64,000 nucleotides of DNA. Origin: Antedon mediterranea. Taxonomy: Eukaryota; Animalia; Echinodermata. The DNA is taken from contig NC_092679.1 in assembly GCF_964355755.1 (NCBI RefSeq), positions 8,152,201-8,216,200 of the forward strand, in the 5' to 3' direction. Below, piece after piece: positions 1 through 13,400 of the stretch. How positions within the stretch are numbered: the stretch's first letter is position 1; the number at the start of each line of letters is the position of its first letter. The position numbers were made by a program, and so were the translations under genes. The notes under the pieces are model-generated. The model did no database searches. It was not told the origin of the DNA and saw nothing but the letters and a program-made list of their open reading frames with translations.

Positions 1-2094
1 CATTTCTGAACTTAACTTGTAAATTTGAGAAAGGTTTAATTCAGAATTTCATAATTTGAAAACAGAATGAATGGCGACGCCTGCATGACATATTACCGAG
101 TTTTGGGGAAGATTTCCAGTTTACTTTTGACACCTATTCTTCGTAGTATTCTTCAAATTTACCCGTCAATCACAGTCTTGCTGACCGTGAATTCCGTGAT
201 GAATAAATAATAAGGTGAAGCTTCATATTGTTCAGTATCACTCTCCCTTATGCCAACATATTCACGTTAAATCGATTTGATGGATATTTGATGGCTGGAT
301 AATCTAATCATGATATTAGAATTGAATATCAGGTGATCTAAACGATCGGAAAAATAAAACAAAAATTAACTAGTTTCAGTTATAATTGTTATTGTTTATA
401 TTGTTTATTGCCAAGTAAGTTCTATTTGGTAATTCGTGCTCGGAGGCAAACTGAGGACAACCGTTACTAGGATATTCATTTTATTTTCAAATTATTTTAT
501 TATGTTTTCGATTTTCAAATGCATATAGGCCTAACATGACTTAACAATGTGGACATGACTTCTCTCTCTCAATATCATTATATCCTCGTTTGCTTTTGTG
601 CTCTTTGTTATTTTCTATATTTTGGACCTATTATTGAATCGTTTTAATAAATTGGATATTGATAAACACTTCAATTGCTATACCCTTTTGCACCTGTGTT
701 CTGGTGGGTCAAAAGTTTAACAAGCGTCTACAGGCGACACATGACGCATCCAATCGGGAGTCTATGTATCCGGTATATTATAAATGTTTATTTCTGGTAA
801 TTTCCAATGATTACATTTAAGCATCTCAATAAATATTATATTGAAACTAAAATGTATTGTATTGGTGGAAAGTTTGATTTGGTGTTTTTGGGTATTTTCT
901 TAGTCTATCCTGATTGGTAGAAAGTGTATTGCAAATTTCTTGAAGCCAGAATATTAGTCAGAAATTAATTTTTTTTGTGACAACAGAATAAAGTGAATTA
1001 AGATTAAGATTTGTTTTAGCATCTCGGACGGTCCAAACAAGAAATCTCCGGGTACTGGTGTTGACTTCAACCATGTTTAGTAAAGTTTAATTTGATTTAA
1101 TTTAATTCTGGGAGAAACTAGCAAAATAGTTTGATAAAATGTCTCTAAATCTATCTCCGGCTTCAGCGAAATCGTCTCATTCACGATTTCCTTAATCTCA
1201 TTGACTTATATTAGTTTTGTATTTTTAAACTCTTCACAAAACAGGTATGTATGGCTTTAACGTTAATAATGATTAATTTCTTGCCTAAAACGGCAATGAA
1301 AATTAAATGTCTTTGATAGTGAATTGCAGGCACTACACATAAATTTAATAAGCTGGTGTTTTTGAAATAATATGTTTCATGAAAAAATATCACTAAATAA
1401 TATTCCCTTCCAAGGCGACTAAATTTAATCAATCAATAAGTATATCACCAACGAGAAATTGGTCAATGGAAATAAACTACAAACAATCAATCAATCATAT
1501 TATTTATCTACTTGAACCAAGTTTGTTGTATTAAACGTGACTGTTATGAGGGTTGTTGTTTTGATGAGCAAATAGTATACCTTTCATGATTTGCATACCT
1601 CGAAGACTACACGCATTAGGCCTATGTATTGTTTAAATTCTCATTCAATACATGTAACTAATAGTTTAACCTTGTGTTTTCCTTACCCTTATTCCCAGAA
1701 GAGATCAAGTATACCACTGAAGAATAATTTCGTGGACGAATCCAATACAGGGTTCGTTAGTCGTAAGGCGGCGCATGTCATCTTCAGATACATTTACAAT
1801 TGATATATTGGAATATACAATTTCATATCTTGGCCTGTGTATCGTAAACAACAAATGATAGACACGAACATTTTTTTTTTTTTTTGTATAATAAATTAAA
1901 TAATAATAAAGATAAATAGAAGCTATATAGTTTGGCGTTCTGGAGGACGCCCTCTTTATCGTCACACAATTTTTATGTTCCAACGACTAAAATTAAATCA
2001 AAATTTTTCAGATAACGACTTTTAGTTAGAAGTAGTTGTAGTGCAACAGCATACTCACTGCATGTTATTGTTATTTAGAAGTAGTTGTAGTAGT

Positions 2095-2345
2095 CACAGT
2101 AGAAAAATGGTATGGTGTGCTCCCCTGCCTCCCAAAGCCCAGCCGTGGGGTCAGTTCCACGACATTAGATACCTTGATGTTTCGTGATGTGTGAAGGAAA
2201 GTTAAACCCAAACACAGAAGCTCGCATAGCTTTAACTTCTTCCACCACCACGGTGCTTCAATTGACTTTCCGATCAACATGGGATTCGAACGCGTGGAAA
2301 CGCGACTCTAGGTCGGTTGGTCAGTGCCGGTCAGTCGGTTAACAC
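2095..2345 (-). mobile_element. tRNA-derived SINE-like repeat
   Basis: B-box-like GTTCGAATCCC on the minus strand (2281-2291); the segment GTCAATTGAAGCA...GGAAGAAGTTAAAGCTAT.CGAGCTTCT recurs on the plus strand at ~31410-31485. Boundaries approximate. Confidence 0.55.
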
Positions 2346-3185
2346 TAACTCAAATATGCGCACGCGACTGCAGCCATGTATATGGCCTTGTTCATGGAAA
2401 AAGTTAAAAACATCAAACTGCTTAACTTAGCCTCAAATCGTAGAAAAACAAATCAAAGTATGTTAAAAATGAATCCTATACAATTTTGGGGTTCAGTATG
2501 TCATCTTAAGAAACATTTACAGTTGATATTATAAAATAATGAATGTTTACGAGTCCACGTCTTGTAGAGATTTCCCATTAATTAATCATACAAACGATCT
2601 AAACCTAATTTAAATGCCTTTTTGTACTAAATTAGTACATACTCTCTAAAAAATGTACTTCCATCGCGAAACCAGTCTGCCATACAATTCAATCTTCGCG
2701 GCGGAAGTACAAAATATGTGGCTCTGTTGTATTTCAAAAGCAATAGTCTATATATTTTCCAACGCGAAAAGATTGTACTTGAACGACCGTTCAATAGTGC
2801 GTGCTATTGCACGCCATGTGACCCACAAACAAATGACAGGAATTTATTAAGGTGTTGTATAAAATGGAATATGCAATTTCATCTCTCCGTGTGTATCGTA
2901 TACAACAAAATGATATGAAGACACGAACATTTTTGTTGTTAAATAAATTAAATAATGATAGAAGCAACCTGCAATACAGTAATGTAAACTATGATGTATA
3001 GTTTCGTATAGCACAAATATGTCTAAATAAATACCATCTTCCAAAATTCTACATCACTTATTTACAACATACTAGGCCTACATTGCAAGTTTCATTAGAC
3101 CTATTGTTGTGTTTTTGTGCAAAATAATATTAAGTGCATCTCATAATATATGCTAGGTTTCTAAATTGATGCATTTCACATAATA

Positions 3186-3743
3186 TTAACACTTTAATTG
3201 TTTTTTAATTGTCAGTCTATGTGCTTTTTCATGTTGGACCAAATCGTAATCACTACTCAACGTCACTTGACAATACCGACAAATATGCATCTCTCTCGCA
3301 TGTTTCCGTTGATGACGTGTCAAGTTGGTCTTGTACTTAAATCTGTCACCGCAGAACACACACACGTGAGGGTTTTTAACTCCATGAGAACGCTCATGGT
3401 TTGCTAAACTTATTTTCTGTGAAAATTCTTTGTCACAGACTTTACAATTCATGATAGGCTGCTGTGCGATATGTTTTTTTGTTGTTGGTTGTCTCTTTTT
3501 AGCAGATTCTTCATCAGAAGACGCAGCAGGTTTGTCTGTAGGCCAGCTATTTGAGTTACACATTTTATCGAATTGGTCAATATCTGAATGGTTATTGATA
3601 GTAATATGAGACTCCAGTGAAGGACCTTGTATCATTCCATAAGTAGATTGATTATAGCTTTCTGTGGAGAAGGGTTCATGCGTATACGGTTGGTCCTGTC
3701 CTAATGTCGACAAATAATTAATATTGTAATTTTCGTTTTCCAT
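3186..3743 (-). CDS. C2H2 zinc-finger protein, three tandem fingers, apparently one coding exon
   Basis: ORF 3186..3962 contains CKVC-x12-HERSH, CVFC-x12-HQRKH and CRYC-x12-HEKAH with a degenerate linker (HGVKNPHVC). Likely start is ACCATGG at 3743 (MENENY...); the upstream ATG at 3962 is possible. Confidence 0.8.
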   Translation of the reverse strand: MENENYNINYLSTLGQDQPYTHEPFSTESYNQSTYGMIQGPSLESHITINNHSDIDQFDKMCNSNSWPTDKPAASSDEESAKKRQPTTKKHIAQQPIMNCKVCDKEFSQKISLANHERSHGVKNPHVCVFCGDRFKYKTNLTRHQRKHAREMHICRYCQVTLSSDYDLVQHEKAHRLTIKKQLKC

Positions 3744-4430
3744 GGTAAAGTTTAAGTAGAAGTTTCTTGTGTCACATTTTCTCCTATATTTCCAAATCTG
3801 TAAGGAAATATAACTACTGTTATTATAAAAAGGAACACTATATTTTCCATTGCCTAGTTTTGCAAACAAGTTTTGATTATCTCTATACGTGAGGATTTCA
3901 CCGCCACTAGGATTGATTCCTGAAGATTCCTCTTTCGAAAAAAGGAAGAGACAGATGATCATTTACAGTCAACACAATCATTCCAAGCATTATGCTATTT
4001 TATTTTTAGTTGACATTGACTATAGTCTGTAACCCTTGCCACTGCCTATAGTGAGTTTTGATGTCCCATTCATTTTATCACTTAGTCTATTTAATTGTTT
4101 TCTAATACTATGTAATGTTTTATTATGAATATTAAGCTTGAATTTTAATGAAAATATTTAGGTGTTTACGTTCGTTAGATAGACACATAAAGAAGACACA
4201 TTCAGATGAGGTGTGTACTCCTGACATCATACGGCGCTAACACAGTAGATGGACCCTATTATAAACATGTTTTATCTTTAACTTTGGTTATACTGTAATA
4301 TTAGGCATAATAAAGATCTAGCCACTGATACCCACAGCGTTCTCATTCAGTAATTTGCCTTTTATTTGGATTTATATTTCGGATGGTGATTCTCCCTCCT
4401 GCTGCATGCCACAATCACTTTGACAGTACA

Positions 4431-4464
4431 GTCACCCTCACGCTTGACTGAGCTTGCACGTGAC
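4431..4464 (+). promoter_or_regulatory. Candidate E-box (CACGTGAC) and SRE-like motif upstream of ACSS1
   Basis: CACGTGAC at 4457-4464 and GTCACCCTCAC at 4431-4441, within 60 bp of the ATG; short motifs, function unproven. Confidence 0.3.
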
Positions 4465-4490
4465 AAAAACAAATCAAAAGCAGCAACAAG

Positions 4491-7400
4491 ATGGCTTCTG
4501 CGATCATAATGCGAGCAATGATTTATCAACGTTTTTTAAGCAACTGTTTACAAAATAATTACAGTAAACCACTCATATTTAAAAGATGCATTTCTATATC
4601 CTCAAATCGCCATCGAAAAAACATTTGCTCGACTGAGATTCCAGAATTAGATTCATTCGAAATGCTAGGCTATGACTTCAAGAGTCACCGGGATCTCTAC
4701 GAGTTTTCCCTGAAGGAGCCCGACATTTTCTGGGGTACTATGGCTAAATCCAGGCTAAAGTGGGAAAAGGACTTTGATCAAGTTATGGACTGTGATATGA
4801 ATAAAGGAAAGGCGACCTGGTTTCTTGGAGGACAATTAAATGTCTCAGGTATTTATTGAATTACATTTTAAAGTTTTTAAAAATGTAATTGTGTAATAAT
4901 AATCTATTTTTTGTATGTATTGAATTATTTTTTTGTAGTTTTCAGTAATAATAAATACTTAACAGAATGACAAGAGGGAAAGGAATAATTCATATATGGT
5001 ATATTTATTATTTTAACATCCCCTGTAGTATAACTAAATGAATTCTATATAAATGTCTAATGACTATTATTTATAATATGAACAATTCATTTCCTAAAGT
5101 CACAATTTATTCTAAAACTTATTGAATGAAAGTTATTATTCCAAAGTAGAGTATGCAAATGTTCCTAAATAAATGAAATGAACCGTTTCACCAAAATGAC
5201 CGGTCCTACTAAACACCAAACGCAACCAAACGAAAACAAACAACACTGAGAATGTTGCAAATACCTACCAAACAAGATTAGATAATTGTTAATTATTATG
5301 AAAACCAAATTTTTATAGCAAAAATCTTCCAAATTTATGTTAAAAACGATGAATTTATCAACAAAAACTAACAAAACATTTGGTTCCGTTTGGTGTTTAG
5401 TAGGACTCAAAATGACACTAAATGGAATGAATAGACCACACCACCTAATCCTGTCAAGTAAGAATAAGTGTGTCCATTATTAATCAGTATTACTATTTTG
5501 TACTTACCTAGAATCCATTGGGTAAACACGGATTCAGCAGCTCAACAACGTCTGTGTTACATTTCATGGGAATGAAACAAAGTAAAAGTATTTAGTTCAG
5601 TTCAATTTTTATTGTTGTTTGGACTGTTCCAGGTTGATGGACTATTCCATTATTACAATTTACTTTCAGCTAACAGAATTATGTGTAAATTGTTTAAAAA
5701 TCTGAAAGCTTTGTATGACTCATGAGTTTTGCAGATTAACTGTAAACTTTTATCATACTATCAATAGTGGAACAATCTAAAATATTATTTATTATATTCC
5801 TAACTTGTTGGCAAGGAAATTCTTGTATTTGTAAAAGATTGAGCATGATTGTGAATTGACGTTGTTTGCTATTGTTTGTTGAAAGGGGTGGGGTTAATTG
5901 TTGGTGCTTTAAACAAAAACCTGTCTGACGTCAATTGGTAGTAATGAAGGTCAACCAAAGACAGACGTGTGAAAGGAATATTTATTATCATACCTCCTAC
6001 GGGATGGGTGTGGAGAGCTATCGCAAATATTTTTTTTTAATAATGGCTTAGAATTCAAATTTGAAGACGCCTATAGTTAATTTACATTTTTAAATATATT
6101 AAACATTTCAAATTTGAGTTATTATAAAATTAATCAAAAAATCATCTCTTTCTATTTTGAAATGTTTGCTCTTTTTAGTTTATTGTATGCATTATCATGC
6201 ATATAACCTTATTGATTTTGTCAGAATCTTTATTTATTCTTTCCTTATCACAAATTTGCCCATGAATTATCTTGATATCAGTTTCATCTAGCTAAGTCAA
6301 TTTTTCAGACTATATTCCTCATGGCCAGGAATCGATGTGGTTATGTTTTCACGGTGCGCAATCAATTTAACGAATCACGTTTGTAATCATATCTTCACAA
6401 GCATGAATCATAATTTAACCAAATTTGGTACTTATAAATTTCAGGTCATATTTCATATATGGCAATACTATTATGTGCGTAGCGCATACAGTAACGCATG
6501 CGTTACAATACATACGCACGCTTACAATTTTCAAAATTGTCAAAATTTATTTCGATGAAATTAGAGTACGTTTCAGGCAATTTTAAACATTTAAAAAATT
6601 TCCATGACTGCGCAGATTTTGGCACGAGCACTGCACGTTAAACGTTAATACGCACTCTTTTTGTCCGATTTCTGTTTTACAACCTTAATAATATCATCAT
6701 ATTTGATTCACTTTTCAACTCGAAATTGCGTTATACGAGCACGTCAAAAGTGACAAGTTGATATGCTTTATGGCTTTCATTGAGTGAGGACGTGTTTGAG
6801 AGATCTGAGAATGTCTCACCAATCTTCTTATTTTTGTTCTACCAAATATTTGTATACCCGTTCCATCGTTAAGGCAAGAACTGATTTGTATTCATAGACG
6901 TCTAGTTGTATGTATTTTCCGTTTATATTTTATCTTTAACTAATTTTGATATACGCTATTATACGTAGCCTATCTGACTACCATTGTTTTCGTAAGTACA
7001 GGATACGCATACCTAGCTTGCTACTCAATTTGCATACAGGCGGATTAGCCATGGCTAACAACTGATATGGCCAAGCTCCATGCTCTCATTACCAAATTGG
7101 ACTTGGACATGAATAGTAGATTTGATAGTCTTTCGAAGCTAATTACTGATGTAAACTCTGAAGTTAAGTCTTTAAGAACAGATTTTATTGAGTTGGAACG
7201 CGCCGTGAAGTTTACCCAACAGGACGTGATCAAGATAAAGGATGATATCATACCTAAGCTAAAAGAAGAACTTAACAGCAAAATCAGTGAGTTAGAACGT
7301 GCTAGGCTTACAACGGAGCTGTACAGTAAAAAACTAAACCTTTTGTTTTTTAACATACCAATGGCAGCTGGTAAGGAAGATGCTGAACAGACCTTGCGAG

Positions 7401-10400
7401 GTATATTATCGCAGTCGAATATCGCACATTCTGATAATATACAATTTGTGAACGTACACAGACTTCCATCAAAGGCTAAACACTCAGCTGCTCATCCTAT
7501 AATTGCAAAGTTTGTCAAGATGCCTGACCGGGACTTAGTACTTAACGCCGTCAACAACGCTAACATCACTGTAACTTCTCAAGTTAATAGATTAAATTAC
7601 TAGGTCAGTTCAAATTTCTTCAAATCCAAATAACCGCCCCCAAATGCACCGGTTGTTTAACCAAAACCGGCTAAACGCTTTTTATAATAATGTATCTGAA
7701 ACAGATTGGTCTTTTGTTTTAAACTATAATTTATGTCAGGATGCATGATGTATTTATCAAAAAATTCAGTGAGATTTACAATTTTCATTTTCCTATTGTA
7801 AAATCTCGATCTCTTTCTGGCCGTAGGCGACCTCGTATTTCTAAGAAGCCGTGGATATCTTCTGCTGTGATAAAATCTATAAATCGAAAACAAAAACTCC
7901 ACAAAAAGTATATGAACAATCCCACAGATCTAAACAAACAAAAATACCATAATTATCGGAATGTACTTACTACCTTAATTAGAGTCTCCAAAAGACAATA
8001 TTATTCCGAAAAACTTGAAAATTGTAAAAACAATTCTAAACAAACTTGGAACATTCTTAACACTATCTTAGGTCGTCATAAAACTCATACTCTTCCTGGA
8101 ACATTCAAAATAAATAATTCTTCTATATCCCATCCATGTACAATTTCTGACCATTTTAATTCTTATTTTGTTAATATTGGATCTAATCTGGCCTCTAAAA
8201 TGCAATCATCTAACAAGGATTTTATGTTTTTTCTTAATAATGTTATTTCACCAATAAATTCATTATATTTTACCCCCACAAATTCTAATGAAGTAATTGA
8301 ACTATGTCAATCATTAAAATCTGGTACCAGTTGTGGTCATGATGACTTAAAACCTGATGCTATCAAAGCAGTAATTGCGCAAGTTGCCTCCCCCCTTGCT
8401 CATATTTTTAATTTGTCTTTAACATCCGGCACTGTACCTACACAATTGAAAATAGCTAAAGTTGTCCCAATTTTTAAAAAGGGTGATCAAAATCTGTCGT
8501 GTAATTACAGACCAATATCAGTTCTTCCCGTCTTTTCAAAACTATTTGAAAAAATTGTCCACACAAGACTATATCATTTTATTTCTCGTTTTAATTTATT
8601 ACACAATTCATAATTTGGTTTTAGAGCAAAACATTCCTCATACATGGCGATACTTGAAGCCTATAATAAAATTGTGACCGAGTTAGACAAAAAATGCCAT
8701 ACTCTTGGAATTTTCCTCGACCTCTCGAAGGCTTTCGACACAATAGACCACGAAATACTTTTACTAAAACTAAAACATTACAGGGTTCGTGGGATCGCCT
8801 TCGAGTGGTTCAGGAATTATATTACAAACAGAACACAATTTGTTATTTACAATGGTCAGAAATCGTCAAATCGGAATATTGAATGCGGTGTGCCTCAAGG
8901 GTCGATTTTGGGTCCCTTGTTGTTCATTTTATATTTAAATGATATTATACATTCTAGCAACTTCTTTTCATTTATCATTTACGCTGATGATACACATTTA
9001 TTAGCATCACACTGTAACATTACACATCTCATTCGCACAGTAAATTTTGAAATGACAAAGGTATCAACCTGGCTAAAAGCTAATATTCTGTTTCTCAACT
9101 TGGATAAAACCACATACATGCTATTTAAAAATAAACATTGTAACCGCACTTACCTTAATGTTGATAATATATATATATTGATAATATTCCTTTTTCCAAA
9201 GTTTCAACAACTAAATTTTTAGGTATATTAATAGATGACACATTAACATGGAAAAACATAACATGTATTGTCACCAATCCGACTAAAATTGACACTAACA
9301 ACTGAAACCTTATTTATACTTTATCAAAATCTTGTTTTACCACATATTCAATTTTCCAATATTATATGGGCTGATTCTAATAACTGCCACCTGCTTTCAG
9401 TTCACATCAAACAGAAAAAATTATGCGTTTTTGTACAAACTCGCATTACCTTGCTCCTTCATTTCCTTTATTCCATAAATTAAACAGTCTTACAGTTTTT
9501 GATATCCACAAGCTTCAAATTGCAATTTTCATGTATAAATTCCACAATAACTTACTTCCTGACATCTTTTCTAATTATTTTAATTAAATCACATTGTTTT
9601 CATTCATATGAAACTAGATCATCTAATTTGTATAGACCTCACTTTTTTGTTACTGACTGTCTCGCTAGGTCTTCTATCAGAGGACAGGGTCCGAAAATAT
9701 GGAATAAAATTGCCCAAGATATTCGCAATTGCAGTTCTTTATATTCCTTTAAAATTAAATTCAAAGAGTATCTTTTATCTACATATTTAGTTTAAGCACA
9801 TAATTATTTTTTACCTATAAGAGAAATACCATTTGATATTATTGTTGATTTTTGCCTATGTTTGTTTGTTTTTTTCTCACTTTATTTATAAATATGTGTA
9901 CATATGTGATACGTTTTTTGTTGTTGTTATATGCATGTATACTTTTATAGAACCTTTAATGTACATATGTGTATTCATATTTATTCAGTTTTTATATATA
10001 TATATATTTTTTTTAACTTATTATATTTTTGTCTTATTTATTTGTTACTTTTTATATATATATTTTTTTCTTAGGTGACCATCTGTTACGAGCTATGCTC
10101 TTCTTGGTCTTCCTTTCGTTCACAATGCTTCTTATTTTATCACCTGTTTTATTTTTTGTGTTCGATAAATAAACTGAAACTGACAGGCTACGCACGTGTA
10201 AGTTAACAATATGGTGAAAATATGCTAAATTTTAAAATTAATATAGATAGATGCTCGGGAATCCCTATTTTGCATTTCATTTTCTTAAAGTGTATGTATC
10301 ACTATCATGTATGATTTATTATGAAATTAAGTCATCATTACTTGCATATTAAATTTTTTTTTAAATTAATTTGACAAATTATGACATTTTCTTAGGCCGA

Positions 10401-13400
10401 AATAACAAACTTAACATTAAATTTCTTCCTTAAAATTCTATATATATAAATTATAATTTTATATTAAAGTTAAAAGTGTATAGTTTGACAGTGCATCATT
10501 TTTTTTAAAATTTTTAAAGATGTCATCATAGTAAAAAATTATAATTTATTGCGGTATGTAATATTCTATCTGCACCAAAATGGTTACTGCATAGTAAATA
10601 CACGGAGGAATCTTTCTTCAACTTTTATTCAGGTGTATATCTGGCTCGGTGGTCTGTGACACCATCTATAGCACTCAAGGTACCGAGATCTCACTTTGGA
10701 AAACGAAACAAAAGACCATTTTTTTTAAATATCCATATTGTTTGTTAAATGTTTTTTCTTAGTGTTTAAATTAATTATATGCCTGATTTATAATGAAATC
10801 TAGAGAAACTTAAATGTCTTTATTATTATGTAACAAGGGTGGTTTATGACATATACGCGGAGGGATCTTTGATAGGGTTGTTTTTATTCAAGTGACTCGA
10901 TGTGCAGTGATACCGGCTATTGTCTTTGCGCTATACCAAGACCCTATCTTTCGTATACAGTATTATAAATAATTAAAAAATAAAATCAATTATCTTTATC
11001 AATGCATATAACCTATAATTCGTCATAGTGACTAATTAAATCCAGTTACATTTTAAAACCTTTTATTCTAGTAAATTGTGTTGATCGGCATAAAAATGTA
11101 AATCCTGAAAAGACTGCTCTCATTTGGGAGAAGGATGAACCTGGAGATCAACAACTGGTTTCTTATAAGTATGCAGATTTTTATTTCAGTTATTTTGTTA
11201 ATGTGAAAAAAATATCAAGCCTTTGACTTGAGTGATCAATTTTAAATTCAATTTTAAGTTCGTTAAAGTTAAATTTAACGAACATGCTTTTACATACTTT
11301 TCTAGAGAACTTTACAATATGACAAATCAGATGGGTAATATGCTGAAGAGGAATGATGTAAAGAAGGGAGACAGAGTAACCATTTACATGCCTGTATCAC
11401 CACATGCAGTTGCTGCAATGTTGGCTTGTACTAGGATTGGGGCTATTCATAGGTAACCACTGCCAATTTACTGCTGATACTTACTCAAACTACTGTTATT
11501 AGTTAATGTAAAAATATAATGTAAAGATTGGAGTTTATATTAATTAAGATGACATTCATTTTACATATGATAAGATGTGATATGACCATGCAACTTGCAC
11601 CATGCCAAAATGATATAAAAATTAATGTATTTTTCTTAATGTTAGTGTTGTATTTGCTGGCTTTAGTGCTGAAGCTCTAGGTAGTCGAATAAGAGATGGT
11701 AAGTATACATAAATATAAAACCCCATTCTCCTTATGATTTACTTTGTTTGTGAAAATTATTACACAACAGCAGTGTGTGTGAGTCATGGGTGTAACTTTT
11801 TAGTTTATTGTTGATTTAGGAAAACTCATCCATATTTTAGTGAATTTGTTGAACCCTGAAACATAATTGTTTGACTCAGTTGTGTTTTTTTAGACCCACT
11901 GTACTCTTGGTTCATAAAAATAATGTAACATGATAGCAAAATATTCAACAATGTGAAAGGTATTTCAAGTACTGTTTTATAAAAAGAGTTTATCATTTTT
12001 GATTGTTATAAATTTACCGATTTATAATTCTTGTACCAAAATTCCCTTTGACTGACATTTTGATCTGGCTACACTAAATTAAACACTTATTAGGTTTAAT
12101 CAAACTAATATTTCTATCCTGAATTCTTTGTTATTTGCACCCTATGTGTTTTAAAAAATGAAGATTTTATTCAAGCGTATAATAAGTTAGTAGCACGAAT
12201 TGTATAGTATAAGAAATCACCCACAGAGATCAGTGAAAATTCTTTCAGTAACACTAGCAAGTATTACAGTTATCTTTGATGTTTATATCTTGTTGATGAT
12301 TGCTTTGACATAATAAATATAAACAAATTGTAGGCTCTTTAAACTTCACCTAACAACCCTAACCAAGCTTTAATTCACATTTCATAGCTGGAGCAGAAAC
12401 AGTAATAACAACAGATCAAGGAGTAAGAGGTGGTAAAATTATTGAACTAAAACGAACAGTAGATGAGGCTGTTGATAAATGTCCAACTGTAAAAAGGGTT
12501 TTTGTAAGCAAAAGGACTGGCGCTGAAGATGTCCCTATGAGTAGCATTGATATTTCACTTGAAGAGGTCAGCAAAATTGATTAAACATTTATAAAGCAAT
12601 GCAATGTCTGTACAGAACATTTTTAGTTAAAAGAGTTTTGATATAAAATATTTTAACTATACAGGCAATGTCTTCGGAGTCAACGGAATGTACGCCAGAG
12701 GTCATGTCAAGTGAAGATCTCTTGTTCATGTTATATACGTCGGGTTCAACAGGCGCCCCCAAGGGCCTGGCACATACTCAAGCTGGTTATTTACTTTACA
12801 CATCTTTAACACATCAGGTAATTATCAAAATAAAGCAAGTTATTAATATCCATAGTTGAATAATGTATTCTATTATAGCTTTGTAATAAGTCTATTTTAT
12901 TTCGTTTATTCAGATATATTTATTATTTATTATAAGAAGAAAATTTACCCAATCCCACAGACAATAAAATAATACGATCAGTTTGTAAATGTTTGTATTT
13001 ACTAGACAATATTTGACTATCAACCTGGTGATGTATATGCTTGTGTTGCTGATATAGGTTGGATAACAGGACATAGCTATGTAGTATATGGACCTCTAGC
13101 CAATGGAGCTACAACAGTTCTATTTGAGAGTGTACCTACTTATCCAGATCCAGGTATGTGATATCAATAAATTAGATTTGAGAAACTTCGCAGTTAATGT
13201 GAACCACATATAAATAATCTTACTTATGATTAAGACTTTTACGAAAATGATGATCTCAACAAAAATTGAATTTTCTTTTTCATATTATTTTTTTAGGACG
13301 GTACTGGGAGATGGTTGAAAGATTAAAGCTTAATCAGATATATGTTGCTCCAACTGCTTTAAGGTTATTACTAAAATCAGGAAATGATTATGTCACAAAA

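Larger units (their letters stand above)
6780..10182 (+). mobile_element. LINE retrotransposon (L2/CR1 group), internally deleted and decayed, in ACSS1 intron 1
   Basis: ORF1-like 7067-7603; RT fragments 7741-9795 ([36 protein letters not shown]); AT-rich 3' UTR ending in AATAAACTGAAACTGA. 5' boundary approximate. Confidence 0.9.

Noticed and set aside
2270-2345. tRNA gene
   Set aside because: Only a B-box-like motif; no convincing cloverleaf, and it continues into a repeated SINE-like body.
9833-10078. Hydrophobic membrane-protein ORF
   Set aside because: Low-complexity T/A-rich LINE 3' UTR.
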